Assembly (NCBI GenBank): GCA_904501885.1
Contig: CAJGCP010000003.1
Span: 5,182-69,181, forward strand
Source of the DNA: an uncultured Acetatifactor sp.
Lineage (GTDB): Bacteria > Bacillota > Clostridia > Lachnospirales > Lachnospiraceae
Length of the DNA: 64,000 nt
Direction: 5' to 3'
The notes under the pieces were generated by a model. That model did no database searches and was not told the DNA's origin. It was given only the letters and a program-made list of their open reading frames with translations. The position numbers were made by a program, and so were the translations under genes. Below, piece after piece: positions 52,958-62,006 of the stretch. The first letter of the stretch is position 1. Each line of letters starts with the position of its first letter.

Positions 52958-53713
52958 ATGGAAAAGACATTTTTAGGGCGCGAGAGAGCGCTACTTACAG
53001 TTATTTTACAATGCGAGGCGCCGGAGGTTGCAATAGGGCGGATCCGAAATGCTTTGTACCAGGGAGCGGATGCTTTTGGACTACAGGTAGAGTCACTAAA
53101 ACCTGAGTACCATAACCCGGAAACGATTCGGCGGATTATTGGTGAAATGAAGGATAAGCCCTGCTATGTCACATACTACCGCAGGCATAATAATGCTGGG
53201 CGTACGGATGATGAATTGGCAGATGGGCTCATCATGCTGGCAGAAAATGGAGCCACCCTTTGCGACGTTATGGGTGATATGTTTTGCAGACACGAACAAG
53301 AGCTGACAGAAGACGAAACCGCCATACAAAAGCAGATGCAGTTGATTGATAAGTTGCATGGCATGGGCAAGGAAGTGCTGATGTCATCGCATGTTTTTCA
53401 TTTTGAGCCAGCAGAACGCGTTCTGGAAATAGCATTGGAACAGAAGAGAAGAGGCGCTGATATTATTAAAATCGTTACAGGTGCCGGCACAATGGAGCAG
53501 CAGATTGAGAACCTCAGGATTACAGATTTATTAAAACGTGAATTGGGCGCACCATTTTTATTTCTGTCCGGCGGCGAGTGCAGTCTGCATCGAAGACTGG
53601 GGATGCATTTGGGATGCTGCATGAGTCTTTGTGTCTACGAGCATGATGTCAATTCCACATCGAGTCAACCTTTACTTCGTACGATGAAGACGGTTCGTGA
53701 TGATTTGTTCTGA
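52958..53713 (+). CDS. type I 3-dehydroquinate dehydratase-like (AroD fold) protein
   Basis: VLMSSHVFHFEP..GADIIKIV..RRLG parallels E. coli AroD VVMSNHDFHKTP..ADIPKIA..SRLAG, including the His and Schiff-base Lys positions. Confidence 0.55.
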   Translation: MEKTFLGRERALLTVILQCEAPEVAIGRIRNALYQGADAFGLQVESLKPEYHNPETIRRIIGEMKDKPCYVTYYRRHNNAGRTDDELADGLIMLAENGATLCDVMGDMFCRHEQELTEDETAIQKQMQLIDKLHGMGKEVLMSSHVFHFEPAERVLEIALEQKRRGADIIKIVTGAGTMEQQIENLRITDLLKRELGAPFLFLSGGECSLHRRLGMHLGCCMSLCVYEHDVNSTSSQPLLRTMKTVRDDLF

Positions 53714-53735
53714 GAGATTAACTATAGGAGAAAAA

Positions 53736-54488
53736 ATGATACATTCGTTTCTATTGATAGGACAATCGAATATGGCAGGACGAGGTTATCTGCACGAGGC
53801 AGTGGAGGTTGACAACAGCCATATAAAAGTATTGAGAAACGGTCGTTGGGTGAAAATGTTTCGTCCCATCAATCCGGACCGTAGTTTTTCGGGCGTAAGC
53901 TTGGGAGAACGCTTTGCTGAGCGGTATGCCCAAAAGTACGATGTGGATGTGGGATTAATATGCTGTGCTGATGGGGGGACAAAAATAGGGCAATGGCAGC
54001 CCGGAGAAATTTTGTTGGATCATGCCATTTATCAGGCGCAGTTAGCATCAAGAACATCCACGATAGCAGGTGTTCTGTGGCATCAGGGTGAATCTGATTG
54101 TAGCGACCCATTGCTGCGCGCAAACTATGAACAAGGTTTCTTGCGCATCATGGATGAACTGAAAAATAAGTTGGACTTACATGATGTCCCGTTCCTGATA
54201 GGAGGACTGGGCGATTATTTGGTCGATTATGCCGGCGCCGACTGCAGAGGTTATCGTGAAATAAATGAGACATTAGAAAGAATAGCGCAAAATAATCCAC
54301 TGACCGGGTTTGTAACGGCAGAGGGGCTTACGCCAAATCCTGACAATCTTCATTTTTCGGCACAGTCTTTGTACGAGTTTGGAAACAGATATTTTGAGGT
54401 TTTTGAGCAAGTCAGGAATTCAAAGAAGGTTTTTCATGAGAAGGACACGAAAAACGCTGCAATTCAAAGCGGAATGGAACTATTGTGA
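53736..54488 (+). CDS. SASA-family (sialate O-acetylesterase-like) carbohydrate esterase
   Basis: FLLIGQSNMAGRG N-terminal catalytic-Ser motif and WHQGESD. Start trimmed to ATG 53736. Confidence 0.7.
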   Translation: MIHSFLLIGQSNMAGRGYLHEAVEVDNSHIKVLRNGRWVKMFRPINPDRSFSGVSLGERFAERYAQKYDVDVGLICCADGGTKIGQWQPGEILLDHAIYQAQLASRTSTIAGVLWHQGESDCSDPLLRANYEQGFLRIMDELKNKLDLHDVPFLIGGLGDYLVDYAGADCRGYREINETLERIAQNNPLTGFVTAEGLTPNPDNLHFSAQSLYEFGNRYFEVFEQVRNSKKVFHEKDTKNAAIQSGMELL

Positions 54489-54527
54489 TTCATAAGATAG
54501 AGATTATTTATAAAGGAGAGAAAAGAT

Positions 54528-55250
54528 ATGAATTTTAGCGGAAAGACAGCCTTTATCACAGGAGCTGCAAGAGGAATTGGAAAAGCCATTGCCGTGAAAA
54601 TGGCACAAAAAGGTGCAAATGTAGTAATCAGTGACATTCTTGAGGAACAGTTAGAGCAGACAGCAGTTGAAATTGCAAAATATGGCAATAAAGTAAAAAG
54701 CATAGTTTTGGATATTTCTGACGAAGACGCTGTAAGGGCAGCAATGGCGGATTCTATTCAGGAATTTGGTCAGATACATATCCTTGTCAATAATGCCGGC
54801 ATATATCGCGGTGGAAATTTTGTAGAGTCAAAATCAGAGGAGTGGAAACAGACCTTTGACATAAACGTTTTGGGAAGTATGTATACCACGCACGCTGTTT
54901 TGCCCAATATGATAGAAAATAGTTACGGAAGAATCGTAAATATAGGTTCTGTGGCAGGGGTTTATGGAATCAGCTTTTTCGTGGATTATTCTGCGTCAAA
55001 AGGTGCAATCATCAGCTTCACAAAGGCTTTGTCGAAGGTAGTTGCAGATAAAGGGATTACCGTAAACTGTGTGTCTCCCGGTAGTATCGAGGTAAAAGGC
55101 AGAGAAAATACGATGACCGAGCTCTCGTATATTGGTAGAGCGGGTACACCGGAGGAACTTGCAAATGCTGTGCTGTTTGCTGCCAGCGAGGAGGCAAGTT
55201 ATATGACGGGTCAGAATATCATTGTTGATGGTAGTCGTAAAAAAATATAA
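54528..55250 (+). CDS. SDR family oxidoreductase (FabG-like)
   Basis: ITGAARGIGKA, NNAG and YSASK motifs. Confidence 0.8.
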   Translation: MNFSGKTAFITGAARGIGKAIAVKMAQKGANVVISDILEEQLEQTAVEIAKYGNKVKSIVLDISDEDAVRAAMADSIQEFGQIHILVNNAGIYRGGNFVESKSEEWKQTFDINVLGSMYTTHAVLPNMIENSYGRIVNIGSVAGVYGISFFVDYSASKGAIISFTKALSKVVADKGITVNCVSPGSIEVKGRENTMTELSYIGRAGTPEELANAVLFAASEEASYMTGQNIIVDGSRKKI

Positions 55251-55292
55251 CAGCTGGAAATTATGAAGAAACTGTAAAGAGTAGTTTGATAA

Positions 55293-55345
55293 CACATCCG
55301 CAGATGCCTTTTAGTCAAAGGCATCCGCAGATGTGTTTTTTGATT
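55293..55345 (+). terminator. long-stem Rho-independent terminator
   Basis: ACACATCCGCAGATGCCTTT / AAAGGCATCCGCAGATGTGT (2 mismatches), then TTTTTT. Confidence 0.7.
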
Positions 55346-55476
55346 CATGGCAATATTGTATACCAACAGGATAAAGCAGTATTTTCTTTACAAACAAATA
55401 CAAGGAGAGTTATAATCATTCTGTATGTAAAAATATAAAGAACCTACAACTGTTGGGTTCTTGGGAGATGATTTTC

Positions 55477-56829
55477 ATGAAGATGAACATCAATAAAGAA
55501 GATTTTAAAACAACGATGAAAATGGCTTGGCCCGCTATGCTGGAATCCTTTTTCACGGCGTTTGTAGGTTTGGTAGATTCCTTTATGGTAAGTAGTCTGG
55601 GCTCCAACGCGGTGGCGGCGGTTGGCTTGACGACACAGCCGAAGTTCATTGGTTTATCTATGTTTTTTGCGTCGAATGTTGCTATTTCCGCATTGGTGGC
55701 TCGCAGAAAGGGACAGGACAAACGGGATGAGGCCAACGGAATCTTTACCACATTTTTTCTTTTCATTTTACTTATGGCGGGAATTATCAGTGCTCTGCTG
55801 GTAGTGTTTGCAGACCCGATTATTCATTTGTGCGGCTCCGAACCCCAGACCCATGACATGGCAGTTACATACTTTAAGATTATCATGGGGTGCATGATTT
55901 TTAATGTGATTGGTATGGGTGTGAATGCAGCCCAAAGAGGTTCCGGAAATACGAAGATTACTATGCGTACCAATTTGGTATCGAATATTGTTAATGTGAT
56001 TTTTAATTTTCTGTTGATTACAGGTAAATGTGGATTTCCGGCATTGGGCATTCAGGGTGCAGCCATTGCCACGGTTCTTGGTACTGTGGTGGCATGCTTT
56101 ATGAGTTTGTATTCCGTATGGAAACAGAGCACCTTTATCAGTATTCCGCTGATTATTAAGACCAAAATCAAACCCAGTTTTGATGCTTTAAAACAGATTG
56201 TCAAGGTGGGATACAGTGTATTTATAGAACAGCTGCTTCTTCGTGTGGGCTTCATGGCAACCGCTTTGATGGCAGCCAACCAGGGCACGCAGGCCATGGC
56301 GGCGCATCAGGTAGGCATGAATATCATGGGCTTGTCCTTTTCCTTTGGAGACGGCCTGCAAGCCACAGCGGTGGCATTGATTGGATACAGCCTGGGAGCC
56401 AAGCAACCGGAGAAAGCCAAGGATTATGGTCGTACCTGCCGGATGATTGGCGGGGCCATTGCCATCTTTATGTCCTTTGTATACCTCTTTGGAGCGAGAC
56501 CTCTGATGACAGCATTTTTCCCTGGAGAGCAGGAGATTATCGACATCGGCGTGAGTATCATGCGTGTGATTCTGTTTGTTGTTATCCTGCAGATTCCCCA
56601 GGTGGTGTATATGGGAAGTTTGCGTGGCGCAGGCGATACTTTGTATGTAGCTGTTGTGTCTGCAGTGAGTGTTACCATCGTGCGTACTTCTGCATCCCTG
56701 TTCTTTGGATATGTGTTGAATTGGGGAATTACAGGTATCTGGTTGGGCGTAATTGCGGACCAGGTGGTACGTTATGTTTTGGCAAGAGCAAGATTCCAAA
56801 AAGGGAACTGGGTCAATATTAAGATATAA
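55477..56829 (+). CDS. MATE family efflux transporter
   Basis: 12-TM pattern and MAWPAMLESFF N-terminal motif typical of MATE/NorM-like pumps. Confidence 0.8.
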   Translation: MKMNINKEDFKTTMKMAWPAMLESFFTAFVGLVDSFMVSSLGSNAVAAVGLTTQPKFIGLSMFFASNVAISALVARRKGQDKRDEANGIFTTFFLFILLMAGIISALLVVFADPIIHLCGSEPQTHDMAVTYFKIIMGCMIFNVIGMGVNAAQRGSGNTKITMRTNLVSNIVNVIFNFLLITGKCGFPALGIQGAAIATVLGTVVACFMSLYSVWKQSTFISIPLIIKTKIKPSFDALKQIVKVGYSVFIEQLLLRVGFMATALMAANQGTQAMAAHQVGMNIMGLSFSFGDGLQATAVALIGYSLGAKQPEKAKDYGRTCRMIGGAIAIFMSFVYLFGARPLMTAFFPGEQEIIDIGVSIMRVILFVVILQIPQVVYMGSLRGAGDTLYVAVVSAVSVTIVRTSASLFFGYVLNWGITGIWLGVIADQVVRYVLARARFQKGNWVNIKI

Positions 56830-56909
56830 AATATTTACATCTCGTTTGGATAGATTCTAAATTGTGTATGAAAAGAACCTGGGACGAGAGTCGGGAAGTG
56901 TAGTAAGGA

Positions 56910-57761
56910 ATGAACATAATCGAAACAAAAGATTTGACATATGAATATGTGCGCCGTGATGACCAGGGTAACATCGAGGGCATTGTGAAAGCGGTGGATG
57001 ATGTGAGCCTTCGGGTGGAGCAAGGGCAATTTGTGGCTATTTTGGGCCATAACGGGTCCGGAAAGTCCACCCTGGCAAAACACCTGAATGCCATCCTAAA
57101 ACCCGGTGAGGGAACCGTGTGGGTAGACGGTATGGACACGACAGATGATTCTCACTTGTGGGATGTGCGCCAGCGTGCCGGTATGGTATTTCAGAACCCT
57201 GACAATCAGATCATCGGCCAGGTGGTTGAAGAAGACGTGGGCTTTGGCCCTGAAAATATGGGAGTACCCACCAAGGAAATCTGGGAACGCGTAGAAGAAA
57301 GTCTGCGTGCCGTGGGTATGTACTTATACCGAAAGGATTCACCCAATCAACTTTCCGGCGGACAGAAGCAGAGAGTTTCCATTGCCGGAGTATTGGCCAT
57401 GCATCCCAAATGTATCGTGCTGGATGAGCCCACTGCCATGCTGGATCCCAGCGGCAGAAAAGAGGTGATTTCTGCCATCCGTGGATTAAATGATGTGGAG
57501 GGCGTAACAGTCATCCTTATCACACATTATATGGAAGAAATCATCTATGCAGACAAAGTTTTCGTCATGGATGACGGAAAAATCGCTATGGAGGGCACTC
57601 CCAAGGAGATTTTCAGCCAGGTGGAAAAATTGCAGGCACTGCGGCTGGATGTGCCCCAGGTGACCCTTTTGGCAGAAGCATTGAAGAAAAAGGGAATTGC
57701 GTTGCCGGATGGGATTATCACGCGGGAGGAGTTGACGACCGCGCTGGGATTCGAAAAATAG
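56910..57761 (+). CDS. ecfA1: energy-coupling factor transporter ATPase
   Basis: [26 protein letters not shown]. First of the tandem ATPases preceding ecfT. Confidence 0.9.
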   Translation: MNIIETKDLTYEYVRRDDQGNIEGIVKAVDDVSLRVEQGQFVAILGHNGSGKSTLAKHLNAILKPGEGTVWVDGMDTTDDSHLWDVRQRAGMVFQNPDNQIIGQVVEEDVGFGPENMGVPTKEIWERVEESLRAVGMYLYRKDSPNQLSGGQKQRVSIAGVLAMHPKCIVLDEPTAMLDPSGRKEVISAIRGLNDVEGVTVILITHYMEEIIYADKVFVMDDGKIAMEGTPKEIFSQVEKLQALRLDVPQVTLLAEALKKKGIALPDGIITREELTTALGFEK

Positions 57762-57857
57762 CAGTCCGCCCAACACCGAGTTTACAAAAGGCAATTAGCC
57801 GATTCTATGATGCGCAAGTGAGTTGCGTAAAAGAGAGATAAGAGGATGAAATAAACG

Positions 57858-58715
57858 ATGTCCATTGTATTTGAGAACATCAATTACATATATAATGCCG
57901 GGATGCCCATGGAAAGAAAGGCGTTGAAAAATATTTGCCTGGAAATACCCATGGGGCAGTTTGTGGGCCTTATCGGGCACACGGGTTCCGGCAAGTCCAC
58001 TTTGATACAGCATATGAATGGTCTGCTGAAGGCAACCTCCGGGGCTTTGTATTTTCAAGGAAAAAATATCTATGAAAAAGGATATGATTTCAAGAGCCTC
58101 AGAAGTAAGGTGGGCTTGGTGTTTCAATATCCGGAGCACCAGCTATTTGAAGTGGATGTTTTTTCGGATGTGTGCTTCGGGCCCAAGAATTTGGGTTTAG
58201 GCCAGGAAGAGGTAGAGCATCGTGCAAAAGAAGCATTACGCCTAGTGGGCATAGAGGACCATATGTTTTTCCAATCCCCCTTTGAATTGTCCGGTGGACA
58301 GAAGCGTAGGGTAGCCATCGCCGGTGTGTTGGCGATGGAACCGGATGTGCTGATTCTGGACGAGCCCACTGCAGGGTTGGATCCAAAGGGAAGGGGCGAA
58401 ATTTTGGACTTGATTAAGCAGTTACAAATCAAGACCGGCAAGACCATTATCCTGGTTTCTCACAGTATGGAAGATGTAGCAGAGTATGTGGACCGCATCA
58501 TTGTAATGAACCAGGGCGGGGTAATGTTAGATGGTACACCCCGAGAGGTTTTTACCCACACGGAAGAACTGGAAGAGGTGGGACTGGCGGCCCCCGAGGT
58601 GACCTATATTTTGCGGGATTTGAAGAAGAGAGGATTGGATGTGGACACAGGGGCCATCACCATTCCTGAGGCCGCAGAGGCGATAGCGGAGGCACTATGT
58701 TGCGAGATATTATAA
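57858..58715 (+). CDS. ecfA2: energy-coupling factor transporter ATPase
   Basis: GHTGSGKST, LSGGQKRR, LDEPTAGLD. Confidence 0.9.
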   Translation: MSIVFENINYIYNAGMPMERKALKNICLEIPMGQFVGLIGHTGSGKSTLIQHMNGLLKATSGALYFQGKNIYEKGYDFKSLRSKVGLVFQYPEHQLFEVDVFSDVCFGPKNLGLGQEEVEHRAKEALRLVGIEDHMFFQSPFELSGGQKRRVAIAGVLAMEPDVLILDEPTAGLDPKGRGEILDLIKQLQIKTGKTIILVSHSMEDVAEYVDRIIVMNQGGVMLDGTPREVFTHTEELEEVGLAAPEVTYILRDLKKRGLDVDTGAITIPEAAEAIAEALCCEIL

Positions 58716-59503
58716 TTGGACAATATTATCAGACAGAGTCTGTGATACATAAGCTGGACCCCAGAGTAAAACTTGGCGGTACCTTGCTTTATATCATCTC
58801 TCTGTTCTGTTTTAACAATTTCATAGGATATGCGTTGGCGGTTTTGTTTTTGGGAATCGTCATTCGCTTAAGTCATGTGCCTTTTAAGTTGATGGTGAGA
58901 GGCATGAAGGCGATTGTTTTTTTGTTGTTGATTACAGCGGCGTTCAATCTGTTTTTGACTCCGGGCGAGCCGATAGTCAGTGTGTGGAAGTTGAGCATTA
59001 CCAAGGAAGGTGTGGCGCTAGCCGTGACTATGGCGGTGCGCCTGAGTTTGCTCATAATTGGTTCTTCGATTATGACATTGACTACTACCCCCAACAATCT
59101 GACAGACGGCATGGAGAAAATGATGAGCCCTTTGAAGGTATTTCGGATTCCCGTTCACGAGGTGGCTATGATGATGTCCATCGCTCTCCGTTTTATTCCC
59201 ATTTTGCTGGAAGAAACGGACAAGATTATGAAGGCGCAGATTGCCAGGGGTGCGGACTTTGAGAGCGGCAATATCTTTGCCAGAGCAAAGGCGCTTGTGC
59301 CCTTGCTGATTCCTTTATTTGTATCAGCTTTTCGCAGAGCCAATGATTTGGCTATGGCTATGGAAGCCAGATGTTACCGGGGAGGCGATGGCAGGACGAA
59401 AATGAAACCATTGGTTTATGCCCGTCGGGATGTGCTTGCGTATGTGTGTATTGTTGGATACTTGGTGGTGAGTATTGTGGCAGGCCGTATTGCGCTGGGG
59501 TAG
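58697..59503 (+). CDS. ecfT: energy-coupling factor transporter transmembrane subunit
   Basis: CbiQ-like TM pattern and the ARG..F motif (AQIARGADF). Overlaps ecfA2. Confidence 0.9.
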   Translation: MLRDIIIGQYYQTESVIHKLDPRVKLGGTLLYIISLFCFNNFIGYALAVLFLGIVIRLSHVPFKLMVRGMKAIVFLLLITAAFNLFLTPGEPIVSVWKLSITKEGVALAVTMAVRLSLLIIGSSIMTLTTTPNNLTDGMEKMMSPLKVFRIPVHEVAMMMSIALRFIPILLEETDKIMKAQIARGADFESGNIFARAKALVPLLIPLFVSAFRRANDLAMAMEARCYRGGDGRTKMKPLVYARRDVLAYVCIVGYLVVSIVAGRIALG

Positions 59504-59536
59504 TTTGGTTCTAAATAATAGAAAGGAGGTCGCAGC

Positions 59537-60325
59537 ATGGATAGCAAAGTTGCTATAAATGAAAATAAGAAAAGAGTGCGCCTGACTGTGGCCTACGATG
59601 GCACCAATTATCACGGTTGGCAGGTGCAGCAAAACGGCATTACCATTGAGAGCGAATTGAATAGATGCTTAACAGAACTGTTGGGTGAGCCTGTGCAGGT
59701 GATTGGCGCCAGCAGGACGGACGCAGGTGTACATGCCTTGGGCAATGTGGCGGTGTTTGATACCGTCAGCCCCATTCCGGCAGAAAAGATATCCTATGCG
59801 TTAAATCAAAGGTTGCCGGAGGATATTCGAATCCAGAAGTCTGAAGAAGTGGAAGCAGACTGGCATCCCAGACATTGTGCCAGTGTGAAGACCTATGAGT
59901 ACCGCATTTACAGGGGAGAATTCCCCATGCCTGTGAAGAGATTATATAGTTATTTTACGTATCACAAATTAGATGTGAAAGCGATGCAAGAGGCCGCTGC
60001 ATTTCTGGCGGGAGAGCACGACTTCAAAAGTTTCTGTCAGGTGGGGGCCCAAGTGGAAAGCACTGTCCGCACTATTTATACCTGCCAAGTGGAAGAGCAG
60101 GGTGCAGACTTGGTGATTCGGGTTAGCGGCAACGGTTTCCTCTACAACATGGTGAGAATCATTGCAGGCACCTTAATGGAAGTGGGACTGGGCAGAATGC
60201 AACCCGGTGATATGAGAGGAATTATAGATGCATGCGACCGCAGCGCGGCGGGACCTACGGCACCGGCGAATGGACTTATGCTGATGAAGTATGAATTTGC
60301 AGATGAAACAAGTGGTATGATATAG
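59537..60325 (+). CDS. truA: tRNA pseudouridine(38-40) synthase
   Basis: VAYDGTNYHGWQ.Q and GASRTDAGVHA catalytic-Asp motif. Confidence 0.93.
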   Translation: MDSKVAINENKKRVRLTVAYDGTNYHGWQVQQNGITIESELNRCLTELLGEPVQVIGASRTDAGVHALGNVAVFDTVSPIPAEKISYALNQRLPEDIRIQKSEEVEADWHPRHCASVKTYEYRIYRGEFPMPVKRLYSYFTYHKLDVKAMQEAAAFLAGEHDFKSFCQVGAQVESTVRTIYTCQVEEQGADLVIRVSGNGFLYNMVRIIAGTLMEVGLGRMQPGDMRGIIDACDRSAAGPTAPANGLMLMKYEFADETSGMI

Positions 60326-60383
60326 ATTATATTGCGAACGCTTGAAAAATCAGGGAAATCCTAAGTTTTTTATAAAAAATAAG

Positions 60384-60413
60384 TTGACAAATGCAGAAAC
60401 CATATAGTAGAAT
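60384..60413 (+). promoter_or_regulatory. promoter TTGACA-18-TAGAAT upstream of rplM
   Basis: -35 at 60384-89 and -10 at 60408-13. Confidence 0.55.
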
Positions 60414-60588
60414 ATGTAACTGTGTGACAGTATGTTTATAAATGCTTTAGCCAAAGCCCCGGCCAAGCATTTAAAATATAGTGAACGCTTTCAGGAAAGA
60501 TGGGACGTAGCCCGGACATCTACGTGTTATCATGGAATGAGAGCAACATCGAGCCATCCGGCTCAAAAAAGTACATGGAGGAAAGATC
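60414..60588 (+). promoter_or_regulatory. ~175-nt rplM 5' leader, possible L13 ribosomal-protein leader
   Basis: Long untranslated leader with paired segments (AAATGCTT..AAGCATTT, CCGGAC..). An L13 leader is known upstream of rplM in Firmicutes. Not verified against a model. Confidence 0.35.
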
Positions 60589-61017
60589 ATGAAGACATTT
60601 ATGGCTAGTCCTGCTACCATCGAAAGAAAATGGTATGTAGTTGATGCTACTGATAAGACATTAGGTCGTCTTGCAAGTGAAGTTGCAAAGGTTTTGAGAG
60701 GTAAGAACAAAGCAATCTTTACCCCTCACATTGATACAGGTGACTATGTAATCGTTATCAACGCTGAGAAGATTAAAGTAACCGGTAAGAAAATGGATCA
60801 GAAGGTTTACTATCATCACTCCGATTATGTTGGCGGTATGAAGGAAACTACTCTGAAAGAGAAGTTGGCTAAGAAGCCTGAGGAAGTTATCGAGCTCGCA
60901 GTTAAGGGCATGCTTCCCAAGGGACCTTTAGGAAGACAGATGTACAAAAAGCTTTTCGTGTACGCAGGTGCAGAGCATGCTCACGCAGCTCAGAAGCCTG
61001 AGGTACTGACATTCTAA
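60589..61017 (+). CDS. rplM: 50S ribosomal protein L13
   Basis: KWYVVDA..K.LGRLAS.VA..LRGK pattern, 142 aa. Confidence 0.97.
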   Translation: MKTFMASPATIERKWYVVDATDKTLGRLASEVAKVLRGKNKAIFTPHIDTGDYVIVINAEKIKVTGKKMDQKVYYHHSDYVGGMKETTLKEKLAKKPEEVIELAVKGMLPKGPLGRQMYKKLFVYAGAEHAHAAQKPEVLTF

Positions 61018-61038
61018 AGGATAGGAGGATAATGAATC

Positions 61039-61434
61039 ATGGCTAAGACTGAAAGATACTACGGTACAGGTAGAAGAAAAAAATCTATCGCAAGAGTATA
61101 TTTGGTACCTGGTAAGGGTAATATCGTTATTAATAAGAGAAGTATGGATGAGTACTTTGGTTTGGAGACTTTGAAGGTTATCGTTCGTCAGCCCCTCGTA
61201 GCTGTTGAGCAGACCGATAAGTTCGACATCCTTGTAAACGTACACGGTGGTGGATACACCGGCCAGGCTGGTGCTATCAGACACGGCATCGCAAGAGCAT
61301 TGCTTCAGGTAGATGACGAGTTCAGACCTATCTTGAAGAAGGCTGGCTACCTCACCAGAGACCCTCGTATGAAGGAAAGAAAGAAATATGGTTTGAAGGC
61401 AGCACGTCGTGCTCCTCAGTTCAGCAAGAGATAA
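61039..61434 (+). CDS. rpsI: 30S ribosomal protein S9
   Basis: [14 protein letters not shown] and C-terminal [17 protein letters not shown]. Confidence 0.97.
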   Translation: MAKTERYYGTGRRKKSIARVYLVPGKGNIVINKRSMDEYFGLETLKVIVRQPLVAVEQTDKFDILVNVHGGGYTGQAGAIRHGIARALLQVDDEFRPILKKAGYLTRDPRMKERKKYGLKAARRAPQFSKR

Positions 61435-61482
61435 TTATGTTATTTCAGAACTGTTATTTCGAAATTGTTATTTCAAAACAAG

Positions 61483-61515
61483 TTGTATATATCCCGGAAA
61501 TGCAGGACATTTCCG
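61483..61515 (+). terminator. Rho-independent terminator after rpsI
   Basis: ATCCCGGAAATG-CAGGA-CATTTCCGGGAT, then TTTT. Confidence 0.85.
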
Positions 61516-61574
61516 GGATTTTCTATCATCATTCTTAATGGCAAGTCAGCCTAATTTTCAAAATCATTAAATAT

Positions 61575-61835
61575 GACCGTAAGGATTTATTCGATTTACG
61601 GTCAGATTGAGTAAACAAGCTTGTAAGCCCATAAAAGATTCGAGAGATTACGGTCAGATTGAGTAAACAAACTTATAAGTCCGTAAAAGATTCGAGAGAT
61701 TACGGTCAGATTATGTAAACAATCTTGTAAGTCCGTAAAAGATTCGAGAGATTACGGTCAGATTGAGTAAACAAGCTCGTAAGTCCGTAAAAGAATTGGG
61801 AAATTACGGTCGGATTAGCAAAGACGAGTTTAATA
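61575..61835. repeat. 52-bp tandem repeat array, 4 full + 2 partial units
   Basis: Unit ATTACGGTCAGATTGAGTAAACAAGCTTGTAAGTCCGTAAAAGATTCGAGAG. Units start at 61595, 61647, 61699, 61751 and 61803 (exact 52-bp period). Confidence 0.9.
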
Positions 61836-62006
61836 GGCTGTAAAGGAGAACTTTATTTTACGGCTTTACAACAAATTTTCTGAGATTCAAACGTAAACAT
61901 TAGTCTTGTCCTACGTTTGCATATCACAACTTATCTTATTTGAACGTAATAAACTAATATTGTTACGTTTCACATCTAAAAATATCCAATAAGAGGTAAT
62001 ATAATC

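Noticed and set aside
34830-56905. Interpreting the 22-kb island as a prophage, ICE or integrative element.
   Set aside because: There are no integrase, relaxase, phage structural or replication genes, and no flanking direct repeats or tRNA. The only mobile gene set is the self-contained IS3 copy.
61575-61835. Possible CRISPR array, because of regularly spaced repeats.
   Set aside because: The whole 52-bp unit is conserved from copy to copy, so there are no unique spacers. The period is shorter than repeat-plus-spacer in known arrays. No cas genes are in the window. It is a plain tandem repeat.
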